From positions 5,083-69,082 of the forward strand of contig JADFYJ010000010.1 in NCBI GenBank assembly GCA_015233115.1: a DNA stretch of 64,000 nucleotides, read 5' to 3'. Every line of letters starts with the position of its first letter. The stretch's first letter is position 1. The notes below the pieces were generated by a model. The model saw only the letters and a list, made by a program, of their open reading frames with translations. It was not told where the DNA came from and made no database searches. Position numbers and translations under genes: made by a program. The DNA is from Candidatus Omnitrophota bacterium. Lineage in GTDB: Bacteria > Omnitrophota > Gorgyraeia > Zapsychrales > Zapsychraceae. Positions 9,158-20,402 of the stretch are shown here, piece by piece.

Positions 9158-10486
9158 TTAAATATCTTTTAGCAGATGATTGGCAGGAGATTTTTTGAGC
9201 AGATCTTCAAAATGCTTCAATGACTGTTCAAGCTTAGTTAATTCTTCGTTGTGTGTGACAGGGACAGATCCTGTACCCTTTTTCTCTAAAACATCCGTCA
9301 CAAACTGAATAGTAAGATGATTAACATCTTGAGCTGGCTGATACAATGGCAGACGATACGCGCTGTTCTGCATTTCAGAAATAATTCCCGCTTCCGTCAA
9401 TTCAAATAAAATATCGCGCACTAACCGGATCGGGATATCCACTTCATCGGAAATTTGGGTGGCAGTCAATGGTTTTTCCCCCTTAACAAAACGTTTGACT
9501 AATATACTGGTGATCTGTAAAGAAACTAATCTTTTAAAAGCATGACTTACGCTCAAACAATCCTGTTCGAATTCATAGGTATCGACATTCTGATGGGCAA
9601 ACGTGACTTCTGTACCGAACAACACAACCCGCCAACTCACTTGGAGCCAGACGAGAAATAAGGGCAGAGCAGCGAAACTTCCGTAAATAGCATTGGCTTT
9701 AGCCGCAGCAACCTGAAACTGAATATATGTGACCTGCACGACCTGATAAATCGTCCCTGCCACAATGCCGCCAATAATCCCAGCGGATAATTTCACTTTG
9801 GTGTTAGGCATAAAAATATAAATAAACGCGAATAAAATCCAGATCATCACATATGGCAACAGCGCCAGTAAAAAAAAGATCGCCGGACTCAACGGGCCAA
9901 GAAAAGACAATTTTTGTAAAATCATTTCGACTTGTGTCGCAGCAAATACCGTGACGCCGCTGGAGGCAATGACAAAAAACGGACACACCAGCATGATGGA
10001 TAAATAATCGGTAATCTTACGGCCCAGACTCCGTCCAGTTTTTATTCCCCAAATATCGTTAAAAGATGTTTCAATACTATTTAAAACTTGGATAACAGTC
10101 CAAAACAACACCATGACTCCCACTCCAGCGACCAGCCCGCCCTGAGTATTATCCAGAAGATTATTAGCAAAAGTGATAATCTGCGTGATCGTTACTTCCT
10201 GCCCAGGAAATTTTTCTAAAACTTGTTTTTCCAGCAGGCGGTCAAACCCGAATCCTTTGGCAATCCCAAAGGCCATAGCCGCAACTGGAACAACTGACAA
10301 TAAAGAATAAAACGTCAATGCCGAAGCGTTTAGCTGACATTTATTACTACGGAATTCCCGAACTGCCAGCACAATAATCCGCAATTGCTTGATCAAAAAA
10401 GACCGTTGACGGGGGAGCTTTTTAGTGTGAATCCGCCAAATATCTTTATCGATAAAATCAAATAATTTAGTAATAATTCGCCGCAT
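9158..10486 (-). CDS. YihY/BrkB family membrane protein with C-terminal winged helix
   Basis: ASALTFYSLLSVVP, IETSFNDIW, YIFMPNTKV, IYGSFAALPLFLVWL; C-terminal HTH-like segment. Confidence 0.88.
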   Translation of the reverse strand: MRRIITKLFDFIDKDIWRIHTKKLPRQRSFLIKQLRIIVLAVREFRSNKCQLNASALTFYSLLSVVPVAAMAFGIAKGFGFDRLLEKQVLEKFPGQEVTITQIITFANNLLDNTQGGLVAGVGVMVLFWTVIQVLNSIETSFNDIWGIKTGRSLGRKITDYLSIMLVCPFFVIASSGVTVFAATQVEMILQKLSFLGPLSPAIFFLLALLPYVMIWILFAFIYIFMPNTKVKLSAGIIGGIVAGTIYQVVQVTYIQFQVAAAKANAIYGSFAALPLFLVWLQVSWRVVLFGTEVTFAHQNVDTYEFEQDCLSVSHAFKRLVSLQITSILVKRFVKGEKPLTATQISDEVDIPIRLVRDILFELTEAGIISEMQNSAYRLPLYQPAQDVNHLTIQFVTDVLEKKGTGSVPVTHNEELTKLEQSLKHFEDLLKKSPANHLLKDI

Positions 10487-10569
10487 ATAATCTCCTAATG
10501 ATACGCGCCACGTTTGACCCACCCAGCGCTTTTACAACAATCGCTTTTCACTACATGCTACATGCACTT

Positions 10570-11439
10570 TTAAATATTTACGTTAAACACATTCCGGATC
10601 ACCACGCCGATTACAAAAGTGATAGCCGCGATACTCAGGCTCAAGACCGCCATTTCGGTAAATCTTTTTTTGAAATTTAATTTTTGCGCGACCGAGATGT
10701 AAAAAGTAAAAGACCCAATTTCCAGTAAAGCAACGCTCAACGCGATCGCCAAACAAACAAAAACATTTTTTAATAAAAAATACGGTAAGACCAGAACAAT
10801 AACTGTTCCCAAATAAGAAACACCCGTATACCAACAAGCTTTAATAGGATCCTTATCCGTTTCCTCACCTTTCGTCGACAAATATTCTGACGCCGCCATG
10901 GACATGGCCGCAGCGATCCCCGTGATCAAGCCCACGATCCCAATCAATTTGGTATTATTCAAGGCCAGAGTAAAACCCGCCAAGGTCGCGGTCAATTCTA
11001 CTAAAGCATCATTTAAACCTAAAATCATGGAGCTGACATACTTAAACCGATCCTCATCGATCAGATCGAGCAAAGCACTTTCATGCGCTTTTTCGTCACC
11101 TATAATCATTTTAACCTCTGGGGTCTCATCTTTAAGCGGGGAATAGAAATCTTGAGCCGATAATTCCCCCCGCTCCATAAGCCGCAAACTAAAATTCAAT
11201 CCGCATATTCTCGCCATCAGCACATAATAAAATATTTTCCATTGATCAGGCTGAACATCTTCACCGGATATTTTTTTAAAAATTTCGTAATGCTTGAATT
11301 CCTCATTGGATATTCTTTGTAAAATACCTGATTGTCCTTCCTTCTTTACAATTTCTGAAAGTTTTTGATAAACATGATATTCTGTCAGCTCATTTTTTTG
11401 AGCTATTAAAATTTTTTTTCTTGATTCAGAATTTAGCAT
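10570..11439 (-). CDS. Rubrerythrin-like plus VIT1/CCC1 iron/manganese transporter
   Basis: N-terminal ExxH pairs (EEFKH, DEKAHE); LGLNDALVE and SMAASEYLS VIT1 motifs. Confidence 0.88.
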   Translation of the reverse strand: MLNSESRKKILIAQKNELTEYHVYQKLSEIVKKEGQSGILQRISNEEFKHYEIFKKISGEDVQPDQWKIFYYVLMARICGLNFSLRLMERGELSAQDFYSPLKDETPEVKMIIGDEKAHESALLDLIDEDRFKYVSSMILGLNDALVELTATLAGFTLALNNTKLIGIVGLITGIAAAMSMAASEYLSTKGEETDKDPIKACWYTGVSYLGTVIVLVLPYFLLKNVFVCLAIALSVALLEIGSFTFYISVAQKLNFKKRFTEMAVLSLSIAAITFVIGVVIRNVFNVNI

Positions 11440-11451
11440 TTAACTCCTTAT

Positions 11452-11820
11452 CTAGACTGCAGCCATATTAATTTTTTCTAAGAAAAACTCATGATTAAAC
11501 GGTTTCGATATGACACCGGAAACAAGATGAGCCACCTTTTCCTCTTTTAACATTTTTTCAATAAATGGTTTCCCGGTTACAATAAATACTTTGGTCATAG
11601 GATTTTTCTGGTTCATGCTCTTAAGCAGATCAATCCCGCTGACCCGGGGCATTTTAAAATCAAATATGGCGATTTCAAAATCATGTTGTTGGATCCACCT
11701 CATGCCTTCGTCGGGGTCAGAAGTATTCTTAACTTCATAACCCTCATCCATAAGGAAATCCGCCATACCTTCGCATAAATCAACATCATCATCAATAATT
11801 AAAATTCGTTTTTTATCCAT
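11452..11820 (-). CDS. Single-domain response regulator
   Basis: ILIIDDD, DFKMP, KPF; start overlaps the upstream kinase stop. Confidence 0.88.
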   Translation of the reverse strand: MDKKRILIIDDDVDLCEGMADFLMDEGYEVKNTSDPDEGMRWIQQHDFEIAIFDFKMPRVSGIDLLKSMNQKNPMTKVFIVTGKPFIEKMLKEEKVAHLVSGVISKPFNHEFFLEKINMAAV

Positions 11821-13318
11821 TGGTTTTTTGGGGCAAGTTAACAACCACGGTGGTTCCTTTGCCAGGTTCACTGGTAAAACCGATCGAACCGCCGTGCATG
11901 CTTAAAATACGATAGCACACGGTTAAGCCCAGCCCTGTCCCTTTCGCTTTAGTTGTAAAAAAAGGATCGAAAATTTTGTCCAAATTTTCCTTCGAAATTC
12001 CTTCTCCATTGTCCCTTATAAAAATTTTTATAAATTCTTGTTCACGGATCATCTCGATCTCAACGTTCCCTCCCATATTAGGGATCGCATCAAACGCGTT
12101 ATTGATCAAATTTGAAAACACTTCCCTCATTTGAAGCGGATCCGCATTAATTAAAACTTTTTTTATAGGATCATGTTTCATATCAACCACGACAGCCTTA
12201 TTCGACTGTTTTTTCGCTAAATCAATGCACTCTTGCAAAATTTCCGCGATACTGATTTCCTCGTTATGCGGCGGTCGCAGCCGGGAATAAAACAATAAAT
12301 TATTAATGATCTGGTCACTCTCCATAACCTTCTTATCAATAGCCTTCAAATGCTTCTCTATCGACGCTGTATCTTTTGCTTTGCGCTTGATCAGCGCCGC
12401 GGCCATACCAATGGCCGCCAAAGGATTACGTAATTCATGCGCCACAGTAGCGGCGAGCGTTCCGATATCAGAAAGACGCTTAGCTCTTTCCAGTTCAACT
12501 TGAATGCCCATCAACTCTTGAGATCGTTTTTTAACCATCCCTTCTAACATTTCCTTGTCTCGTTTCAGAACTTCTCCGGCTTGTTTTCGAACCGTGATAT
12601 CACGAACCAAAACCTGAACCGAGCGAACTCCTTTTTCAAAAAAAGGTGAAGCGACAACTTCCACGTTCACCGTAGTCCCGTCACAACGTAAAATTTTAGC
12701 TTCAATCAAAGGAGCAGACAGCCCTTCTAATACCCTCTGGATTTCTTCACATATTTGGTGTTGCGGATCAGGACAAAATAAATCAAACAAGGATTTTCCG
12801 GCGATTTGTTCCATGGTAGAAGCCCCCAACAATTGTAACGCTGCCTGATTAACAAACGCGATCTTATTCTCCCGGTTAACAAAAATCGCTTCCGGAGACA
12901 TTTCAATCAAACTACGATACCGGCTTTCACCTTCCCTACGCTCGACTGAATACAAAATACTGCGAACCAATAAATTGCGATTAATCTCTCCCTTAATCAA
13001 ATAATCGCTGGCCTGTCTCTGTATGGCCTGTAAACCCACATCTTGATCATTAAGCCCGGTGAGCACAATAATCGGAATTCCCTGCTCTTGTAACGTAATC
13101 TTTTCCAAACCCTCCAGCCCGCGGCTGTCAGGCAAGTTGATATCTAATAAAATAATATCAAACTTATCCTTACGCAAAATCTTTATTGCCTCGTCCACCA
13201 AATTCGCATGAAATATAGTAAAAAAAGGAGACACACTTTCTGTCAACATTTCAGAAACCAGTCTAAAATCTGCCGGGTTGTCTTCAACAACTAAAACTTT
13301 TATTTCATTTCTGCTCAT
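11813..13318 (-). CDS. Hybrid REC-PAS-HisKA-HATPase kinase
   Basis: N-terminal receiver, PAS domain, AHELRNPL, DNGEG, FFTTKAKGTGLGL. Confidence 0.92.
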   Translation of the reverse strand: MSRNEIKVLVVEDNPADFRLVSEMLTESVSPFFTIFHANLVDEAIKILRKDKFDIILLDINLPDSRGLEGLEKITLQEQGIPIIVLTGLNDQDVGLQAIQRQASDYLIKGEINRNLLVRSILYSVERREGESRYRSLIEMSPEAIFVNRENKIAFVNQAALQLLGASTMEQIAGKSLFDLFCPDPQHQICEEIQRVLEGLSAPLIEAKILRCDGTTVNVEVVASPFFEKGVRSVQVLVRDITVRKQAGEVLKRDKEMLEGMVKKRSQELMGIQVELERAKRLSDIGTLAATVAHELRNPLAAIGMAAALIKRKAKDTASIEKHLKAIDKKVMESDQIINNLLFYSRLRPPHNEEISIAEILQECIDLAKKQSNKAVVVDMKHDPIKKVLINADPLQMREVFSNLINNAFDAIPNMGGNVEIEMIREQEFIKIFIRDNGEGISKENLDKIFDPFFTTKAKGTGLGLTVCYRILSMHGGSIGFTSEPGKGTTVVVNLPQKTNG

Positions 13319-13336
13319 ACATTTTGCTTTGCTTTT

Positions 13337-13786
13337 TTAATTCTTAGGCGGCAATTTCACTATTGTAAACCAAAATTCTTGTATTGTCTTAGCCACTTTA
13401 ACAAACTGTTCAAGATCAACCGGTTTAGTAATATAACAATTCGCATGCAAATTATATGTCTTAATTATATCTTCTTCAGCCTTAGATACGGTCAACACCA
13501 CCACAGGTATGGCTTTTAATTTTTCATCATTTTTAATTTCCTTTAAAACCTCCCGGCCATCTTTTTTAGGAAGATTTAGATCTAGTAGTATAAGATCCGG
13601 GCGGACTGCCTGAGCATATCGGCCTTCTTTCTTCAAATACGCGACAGCTTCAACTCCGTCAGTCACCACATTTAGATTATTGAAAATCTTTTCTTCTTTC
13701 AAAGCTTCGGTAGTCAATCTGACATCGGCCGGGTTGTCCTCCACTAATAAGATTTCAATCGGTTGAATATTATTATCACGAAACAT
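13337..13786 (-). CDS. Rcp1-like response regulator
   Basis: [47 protein letters not shown]. Confidence 0.92.
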   Translation of the reverse strand: MFRDNNIQPIEILLVEDNPADVRLTTEALKEEKIFNNLNVVTDGVEAVAYLKKEGRYAQAVRPDLILLDLNLPKKDGREVLKEIKNDEKLKAIPVVVLTVSKAEEDIIKTYNLHANCYITKPVDLEQFVKVAKTIQEFWFTIVKLPPKN

Positions 13787-13800
13787 GACATCCTCTCTTT

Positions 13801-15678
13801 CTAAACCTTTTTAGGAATTGTAAAATAAAATATAGAGCCTTTTCCATTCTCTGACTCAACCCATATCCGACCCCCACGCGTTTCCACAATTTTTTTGCAT
13901 ATCGACAATCCTATTCCAGTTCCGGAGTATTCTTCCCGGCCATGCAAACGCTGGAAAATAAGAAATATCCGGTCTTTATATTGTGCTTCTATTCCGATCC
14001 CATTATCCTTGACAGAAAATAACCACTCGTGTTCTTGCTCGGTCGCGCTAACGTGAACCCGGGGCGCTTCCCGGCTATGAAATTTAACCGCATTTCCCAA
14101 CAAATTTTGAAACAATTGAATAAAATTCGTTTCTAACCCATTTACTACCGGCAAATGATCGCGGGTTATCACCGCTTTTTGGCTATCGATCACAAACTTC
14201 ATGCTGTTGAAAATCCGATCAAATATCAAGTTACAATCAACAGCCACCATCGGCTTTTCAGCCCGGCCAACCCGGGAATAAGCGAGAAGGTCATTAATCA
14301 AATTCTGCATACGCCTCGCGCCATCGATTATAAAACTGATAAACTCATCCGCGTCAGAATCTAATTTTCCTTTATAACGCCTTTCCAAAAGACCGGCATA
14401 GCTCCCCATCACCCTTAAGGGTTCCTGTAGATCGTGTGATGCCACGTACGCAAATTGCTCCAGATTCTCATTGGAGCTTCTCAGTTCCTTCTCCACATGC
14501 ATCCGTTCATTCACTTCTTTGTTTAAATCATCTCTCGACGCGGTAATTAATTTCAAATCCCGGGTCATCTTATCAAAAGACCGGGAAAGATCGCCGATCT
14601 CATTCTTAATCGGCAAGGATACTTGATGTTCCAAATTTCCGGCCCCGATGATTTCCGCCCCTTTTATTAGATCTTTGATCGGCTTAGAAATCGTCCACCC
14701 CATCACAAAAGCCATGGCCCCAGTCACAATAATAATGACCAAAATAATCCGTACAATGAGTCGCTTTAAATGCTCCACATCTTCAAATGCTTCCTGAGTA
14801 TCAATTTTAGCCACCATCCCCCACTGCAAATATGGAATATAGTGCCACGCCGCTATCACTTCCTTGCCCCGATAATCAGTAAGTATCCCTGAACCTTCCT
14901 GACCTTGCACGGCCCGTTGAATAGGTTCGCCGTTTTTATCGCCCATTTTAATGCTTCTTTGAAGCGTTGCTTGAGAGTCATGCCGCAAAGGATTTAAAAA
15001 TATGACCTGATCCCCAATTTTTTTCCCGATCAAGGTTTCTCCCGTCTTCCCCAATCCGGTTGCTTCCCCAATAAGCTGGAAAATGGGTTTCGCGTCAACT
15101 TCAAAAACAACCAGCCCTGCCTCCACATCTTTTGAATCATAAGCTGGGCCTGCCACCATAATCTCAAAATTTTTCCCCATGGATTTGTTCAAAAAAATAT
15201 TGGAAAAATAAATTCGTTTTTTCCCTTCTTCAAAAACGGTTTGATCTGGGTCGGACAAAAGTTTCTCGAATTCCCAAAGGTAATGTTGAGGATTAGTGGT
15301 ATATACGACCTTTCCCTCAAGATCAACCAGCATAATATCCGATAAACCCAAAACCTTTTGCATTTTGGGTAATTGTTCATCCAGCATCTTTTTAGCGTTA
15401 ATGAATTTTAAATTATTGGGATCTCTCGCAAATTGAACTAATATCGGAAGGTTTTGTCTTATATTATAAAGACTTTGCGCGATTTCCAAATTCGCCTTTA
15501 ATCCGGTAAAATAAACTTCGATTTTGTCGGCTTTATATTTAGCCAAGTCTTTCAACTGAGAAAGCCGGTTTTTTTCCAAAGAATATCTATAATTATTAAA
15601 TGTAATCGCGCTGGCCATGATGAGCGGAATCGTGGCCACAATCAAAAACATGATAATTAATTTTACACGAATTGACAT
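13801..15678 (-). CDS. Cache-HAMP sensor histidine kinase (Cph1-type kinase core)
   Basis: Two TM segments, [11 protein letters not shown] Cache segment, [32 protein letters not shown]. Confidence 0.92.
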   Translation of the reverse strand: MSIRVKLIIMFLIVATIPLIMASAITFNNYRYSLEKNRLSQLKDLAKYKADKIEVYFTGLKANLEIAQSLYNIRQNLPILVQFARDPNNLKFINAKKMLDEQLPKMQKVLGLSDIMLVDLEGKVVYTTNPQHYLWEFEKLLSDPDQTVFEEGKKRIYFSNIFLNKSMGKNFEIMVAGPAYDSKDVEAGLVVFEVDAKPIFQLIGEATGLGKTGETLIGKKIGDQVIFLNPLRHDSQATLQRSIKMGDKNGEPIQRAVQGQEGSGILTDYRGKEVIAAWHYIPYLQWGMVAKIDTQEAFEDVEHLKRLIVRIILVIIIVTGAMAFVMGWTISKPIKDLIKGAEIIGAGNLEHQVSLPIKNEIGDLSRSFDKMTRDLKLITASRDDLNKEVNERMHVEKELRSSNENLEQFAYVASHDLQEPLRVMGSYAGLLERRYKGKLDSDADEFISFIIDGARRMQNLINDLLAYSRVGRAEKPMVAVDCNLIFDRIFNSMKFVIDSQKAVITRDHLPVVNGLETNFIQLFQNLLGNAVKFHSREAPRVHVSATEQEHEWLFSVKDNGIGIEAQYKDRIFLIFQRLHGREEYSGTGIGLSICKKIVETRGGRIWVESENGKGSIFYFTIPKKV

Positions 15679-16046
15679 TAGGTTAGCATATCCTTCATAG
15701 TGTTTCCCAGCTTCGCCAAATCAAAAGGTTTTAAAATAATTCGAGCTGACGAAATCTTTTGAATACGGTCGAGTGTTGGTGTATCCGCGTATCCGGAAAT
15801 AAACAAGATTGGAATATCCGCGAAAAATCGAATATTTTTTGCGATAGCCACCCCATCCATATCTCCGGATAATTTCAAATCCATCAAAATTAAATCCGGT
15901 TGATGGTCTTTGACCCATTGGATCGCATCAGGCCCTGACGAGGAAATATACGGAACCTCAAAACCAATGCTCGGTAAAAATTCCTGCAATCCATGAGCAA
16001 TAGCGAGGTCATCTTCAACAATAAAAATTTGGGGAATTTTAGGCAT
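15678..16046 (-). CDS. Single-domain response regulator
   Basis: IFIVEDD, PDLILMDLKL, KPFD. Confidence 0.88.
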   Translation of the reverse strand: MPKIPQIFIVEDDLAIAHGLQEFLPSIGFEVPYISSSGPDAIQWVKDHQPDLILMDLKLSGDMDGVAIAKNIRFFADIPILFISGYADTPTLDRIQKISSARIILKPFDLAKLGNTMKDMLT

Positions 16047-16120
16047 AGTGTGTATATAATTTATCAGAATAATACATTTTACACAATTTTTAATTCCGCA
16101 GGTAATTTATTAATTTGAAC

Positions 16121-16320
16121 CGCCTCTCCCCAATTCCGAATTATAATTCTTAATTGGGAGGGCATAGTATGTCGCATGTAACATCGATATTTTTTAAAAA
16201 TCATTTTTAAAATAAAATTATCTTTTCACCCAACGGGTGAAAATTTTCAACAACCACATACCACATACTACGCACAACACACTGCCCTAATTCTCAATTT
16301 CTAATTCAGAATTAGGGGCT
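16121..16320. repeat. About 200-bp intergenic element with imperfect terminal inverted repeats, heptamer arrays and an internal hairpin (MITE/REP-like)
   Basis: Left arm CCCCAATTCCGAATTATAATT...GAGGGCATAGTATG is roughly the reverse complement of right arm CACACTGCCCTAATT...TAATTCAGAATTAGGGG; internal TTTTCACCC-AAC-GGGTGAAAA. Confidence 0.55.
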
Positions 16321-16432
16321 TCTCAGTCCCGATTATGAGGTTGATCACGACTGCCTGTTTCTCGCGCCGTTCTTCTTCTCTCACGCCCAGAATACAACGC
16401 ACGATCAGATCCTTGATCAAAATTTTGTCCAT
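16301..16432 (-). pseudogene. folB: Truncated dihydroneopterin aldolase/epimerase (FolB/FolX N-terminal fragment, 43 aa)
   Basis: Manual translation MDKILIKDLIVRCILGVREEERREKQAVVINLIIGTE(KPLILN*), with GGAGG upstream. It matches the FolB N-terminus (G...EER...Q.V) and stops inside the repeat element. Confidence 0.8.
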
Positions 16433-17165
16433 TTTCTTCCTCCAACAAATGGCGGCCGCCATCTAAAAAAAGAACTTGGCCAGTCATAAAATCATTTTTT
16501 AACAAATATAACACCGCCGCTGTAATATCCTCCAATTCACCGTGACGATTTAACGGAAGATTCTGGGCTAAATGATCTAAATAACTCTCATCTTTCCCGA
16601 TAGGCGGAAGGATCAGACCCGGCGCAACCGCATTAACAGATACGGCCGGAGCAAATTTTTGAGCAGACATTTTGATTAAATCAAACAGCAGATGTTTACT
16701 TAGAATATATGATACATGCTTCCAATCATACCCTTTGATCCGGGTATCCAAAATATTGACCACACTCCCCTGGGTCAGATGAGCAAACTCCCTCATCAAC
16801 AAAAAAGGCACCCACGCATTAATTCCAACATGCCGGGATAATGTTGTAAAATCTATATCATCAATTGTATCAGTAGAAAATATCGACGCATTATTAATTA
16901 ATATATCCAAATGGCCGGTTAAGGCCATGGCTCTTTTAATCAGAGTTTCATATTCATACGGATTTTCAAAATCCGCGTTAATCGTCCATGCCTTTAACCC
17001 ACGGCCGGCGATTTGTGCACAAATGTCTGCCGCTTCAACGGATGACAAAGAATAATGAACAATAACATTAACCCCCTCTTCAGCTAAGGCCAATGATATC
17101 GCTTTCCCTATCCGTTTCGCTCCACCTGTAACTAACGCTATTTTACCTTTTAAACTTTTAATCAT
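16323..17165 (-). CDS. Pteridine reductase-type SDR (FolM/PTR1-like)
   Basis: TGGAKRIG, NNASIF, YILSK, VNAVAPG, TGQVLFLDGG; adjacent folB remnant. Confidence 0.85.
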   Translation of the reverse strand: MIKSLKGKIALVTGGAKRIGKAISLALAEEGVNVIVHYSLSSVEAADICAQIAGRGLKAWTINADFENPYEYETLIKRAMALTGHLDILINNASIFSTDTIDDIDFTTLSRHVGINAWVPFLLMREFAHLTQGSVVNILDTRIKGYDWKHVSYILSKHLLFDLIKMSAQKFAPAVSVNAVAPGLILPPIGKDESYLDHLAQNLPLNRHGELEDITAAVLYLLKNDFMTGQVLFLDGGRHLLEEENGQNFDQGSDRALYSGRERRRTARETGSRDQPHNRD

Positions 17166-17258
17166 TAGACTTATATTAATAAAAAATATCAATACACAGA
17201 ATAGCCTTTTTCTCCTTTTTATTGACTTTTTTCTACAGGATAGGAAGAATTTATAAAA

Positions 17259-18788
17259 CTACCAGTCTATCGGAAAATAATCTTTGAGAAATTTTCCGCA
17301 CCAGTGCGTACCAGCGATGATACCGTGAAAAAACGGATCGCAGACGCGGGCTGCTCCATCAACAATGTCTAACGGCGGCTGAAAATCATGCTGCTCTTGT
17401 TTAAAGGTTGCCAATGCAGCCGGATCCTCATCTGTGACCCATCCGGTATCAACGGCGTTCATAAAAATACCGTATTTCGCTAAATCACTTGCCGAAGTAT
17501 GCGTGAGCATATTCAAGGCCGCCTTGGCCATGTTCGTATGCGGATGCCGGTCCGCTTTCTTAAACCGTAAAAATTTTCCTTCCATAGCTGTCACATTCAC
17601 AATATGTTTTTTGCCGGTATTATCCCGTTTCATCATGGGAGCCAGTTTATTGCAGAGAACAAACGGCGCGATCGCGTTAACCAGTTGAATTTCAATCATC
17701 TCAGCCGTCGGAACTTCACCTAAACGGAGACGCCAGCTGTTAGTCGCGCGTAAATCCACCTGCTGAAGGTCCGCGTCTAATTTTCCGGCAGGAAAAATGT
17801 GTTCCCCGGCTAAAGTGTCATCGTGGGTATAAGGAATTTGGGACAATTGCGCGGAACCCCGCAAACCTACACCAGGCATTTTTCCGTCCCATTTGACCGG
17901 TAAATTAATTTCCGGGACTGCTTCTGACGAAGCATAAGTTAATAACTGGTTTTTACATTCTTCGAACGACCGCAACAATTGCCGCGCGGATTCTGGTTGG
18001 TGTTCAAATAGTTTATTTTCATTCGGCATGAGATGGGCATAAAACCCGACCGGACGGCGAACAGTTTGAGCGGCGTTATTAATCAGAATATCCAGACGGT
18101 CATATTTTTGCTGAATATAATTGCAAAAGATTTCCACGCTCGGCGTATGACGCAAATCCAATCCGTACACATGCAACCGATCCGCCCACTGTTTAAAATC
18201 TTCTTCACGTGAAAACCGTAACGCGGAATCAACAGGGAAACGAGTCGTAGCGATAACACGACAGCCAGCTCTCAGCATCATCAAAGTGGCTTGATAACCA
18301 ATTTTTAGACGAGACCCCGTAATCAAGGCCACTTGCCCGGTCAAATCCGCGGTCTGAAAACGTTTTTGATAATTAAAATCCGCGCAAGCCGGGCACATAG
18401 AGTCATAAAAAAAATGCAGGGTGGTAAATTCCGTCTTGCACACATAACAATTCCGGGGCGAATTTAATTCGCCCTTACTTTCTTGTGCCGCGGCGCCTTG
18501 ATGAGCAACTTGTTTCGGAGCGATAAATATCGCGGATTCTCTCGCCGAACGGATGCCCGTGGCTTTGCGCGCAATCCGCTCTTCCCTGACAATTTTTTGC
18601 CGGGTCAAATCTTTGATTTTCTTTTTGCGTTTGATGATCTCGTGTTTATCCGGACGGGAAAGCTGGCCCGCGGCAGTTAAAAGCGCGATCCGTTCTTCGT
18701 CCGACAACAAAGCAAGCTGGTCGCTATCGCTCACCATACTTTCAAGAAATTTTATGCTTTTATGGATTTCTTCCGGAGAATGTTTCAT
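17259..18788 (-). CDS. SDR oxidoreductase with N-terminal Zn-ribbon-like CxxC...CxxC
   Basis: RNCYVCK...[35 protein letters not shown]. Confidence 0.85.
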   Translation of the reverse strand: MKHSPEEIHKSIKFLESMVSDSDQLALLSDEERIALLTAAGQLSRPDKHEIIKRKKKIKDLTRQKIVREERIARKATGIRSARESAIFIAPKQVAHQGAAAQESKGELNSPRNCYVCKTEFTTLHFFYDSMCPACADFNYQKRFQTADLTGQVALITGSRLKIGYQATLMMLRAGCRVIATTRFPVDSALRFSREEDFKQWADRLHVYGLDLRHTPSVEIFCNYIQQKYDRLDILINNAAQTVRRPVGFYAHLMPNENKLFEHQPESARQLLRSFEECKNQLLTYASSEAVPEINLPVKWDGKMPGVGLRGSAQLSQIPYTHDDTLAGEHIFPAGKLDADLQQVDLRATNSWRLRLGEVPTAEMIEIQLVNAIAPFVLCNKLAPMMKRDNTGKKHIVNVTAMEGKFLRFKKADRHPHTNMAKAALNMLTHTSASDLAKYGIFMNAVDTGWVTDEDPAALATFKQEQHDFQPPLDIVDGAARVCDPFFHGIIAGTHWCGKFLKDYFPIDW

Positions 18789-19735
18789 AACGCGGTCATT
18801 TTCCAGCACCGGTGAACCTGCCGGTTGCGGTAATCTTCAGGAATAGATTTTGGGGTCAGCTCTACCAAATCCTTGATAGATAAGCCTTCCAATTTTGGTT
18901 CGAACCGTTGATGATTGGTGGAAAAAAATACTAATGAGCCGGGCGCCATAATTTTTAAAACCTGACGTATCAACTCCGGATGATCTCGGTTAATATCAAA
19001 CGATACTCCCGCATCATGATTCTTATAAAACGAAGGCGGATCGATCAATGCCAAAGTAAAACGACGTCCATACCGGACCGCTTGTCTTAAATACATCGTA
19101 ACATCGGATTGTACCATTTCATGCTGAGGCGTCAAAAGTCCGTTTAATTGTAAATTATCCTCAGCCCATTTCAGATACGTGGCTGACCTATCAACTGTCA
19201 CGGAACTTTTAACTCCACCGAGTGCGGCAGCACAAGTAAAAGTGCCGGTATACCCGTAAAGATTTAAAAAATCTTTCTCTTTGGCCAATTTTCCGATGAG
19301 CACCCGCGTATCCCGGTGGTCTGAAAATAATCCGGTATCCAAAAAATCATCCAGATTAACCCAAAATTGCAGATCCCGTTCACGCACTTTCATCCGCTCT
19401 CCGGTTGATGCCAATTTACTATAGCGAGGGCCTTCTTCAGTTTTTGTTTGACGTCGTTTAACGTGCGTACGGTAAGATGGCACGCCCAAAGCCTCAGCAA
19501 CGGCTTCAGCCATTTGCGGTAGCCACTCCGGGCCGGTCTGTAAATGCACATATTCACCGACCACTAAATGTCCGGCATACCAATCCACGACAGCCCTGAC
19601 TTCCGGAATATCCCAGTCAAACAACCGGAAACAATCAATATTCTGCTTGGCATACCGCTTGGCCAAATGCGCAAAATTCTTCCGCACGCGGTTCGCTAAA
19701 ATTTCTGATTGATATTTAATTTGCTCTGGGGTCAT
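18785..19735 (-). CDS. RlmK/RlmI-like SAM-dependent rRNA methyltransferase
   Basis: [47 protein letters not shown]. Confidence 0.85.
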   Translation of the reverse strand: MTPEQIKYQSEILANRVRKNFAHLAKRYAKQNIDCFRLFDWDIPEVRAVVDWYAGHLVVGEYVHLQTGPEWLPQMAEAVAEALGVPSYRTHVKRRQTKTEEGPRYSKLASTGERMKVRERDLQFWVNLDDFLDTGLFSDHRDTRVLIGKLAKEKDFLNLYGYTGTFTCAAALGGVKSSVTVDRSATYLKWAEDNLQLNGLLTPQHEMVQSDVTMYLRQAVRYGRRFTLALIDPPSFYKNHDAGVSFDINRDHPELIRQVLKIMAPGSLVFFSTNHQRFEPKLEGLSIKDLVELTPKSIPEDYRNRQVHRCWKMTAL

Positions 19736-19769
19736 AATATTAAAATGTTTGATTGTTTAAAAAACGTAA

Positions 19770-19890
19770 CCGCGTGCCAATACACAAGGTTGGCGTTGAA
19801 ACCGAATCCCCGAGCGAGTTTCCTTGGCGCTTCGCCAAGGTTGTTTGAGCGAAGGATTTGGTTTAAATGCAAACCGCCCAACCGCGCGCT
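19770..19890. repeat. Nested palindromic intergenic element (REP-like or structured RNA)
   Basis: AAACCGAATCC...GGATTTGGTTT outer stem; CCTTGGCG-CTT-CGCCAAGG inner stem; flanking GAGCGA(A)G motifs. Confidence 0.55.
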
Positions 19891-20042
19891 TTATTATCAA
19901 TGTAACAATGAAAAAACGATTCTCTTTGGTGAAACATCATGATATGAGAGATTAGGGCAGGATGCAATATTTATTAATAAACGCAAAACATAACCCTTAA
20001 TTTAAACTATTAACCCGAATTAAGTTTTATGTCCTAAGTACT

Positions 20043-20402
20043 TTATTTCGATAAAATCATATTTAAAGAAACTAACAAAAGAAACATTCCAAATAAACGT
20101 TTTAAATGCAGGTCAGAAAGATTTTGTGCTAAATTGGCGCCCCATAAGCCGCCAAAAAGAAAACCAATACAGATAAAAGTGACCACTGTTAAATTAACGT
20201 GTCCGCTCTGATAATAACGCCATGCAGCCAGCAAGCCAATTGGAGGAACCAAAATGGCCAGCGTAGTCCCTTGCGCCTGATGTTGAGTGAAACCGAACAT
20301 ATAAGTCAAAGCAGGAATAATAATCAAACCGCCGCCGATTCCCAAAATACCGGCCATGGTCCCCGCGACTAAACCAATAATCATGTACAAAAGAATTTTC
20401 AT
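20043..20402 (-). CDS. Half-size TauE/SafE (TSUP) membrane transporter
   Basis: GILGIGGGLIIIP, AQGTTL, GGLWGA, LKRLFG. Confidence 0.85.
   Translation of the reverse strand: MKILLYMIIGLVAGTMAGILGIGGGLIIIPALTYMFGFTQHQAQGTTLAILVPPIGLLAAWRYYQSGHVNLTVVTFICIGFLFGGLWGANLAQNLSDLHLKRLFGMFLLLVSLNMILSK

Noticed and set aside
16323-16432. Unusual charged C-terminal tail on FolM as a new domain
   Set aside because: It is the out-of-frame reading of the overlapping folB remnant.
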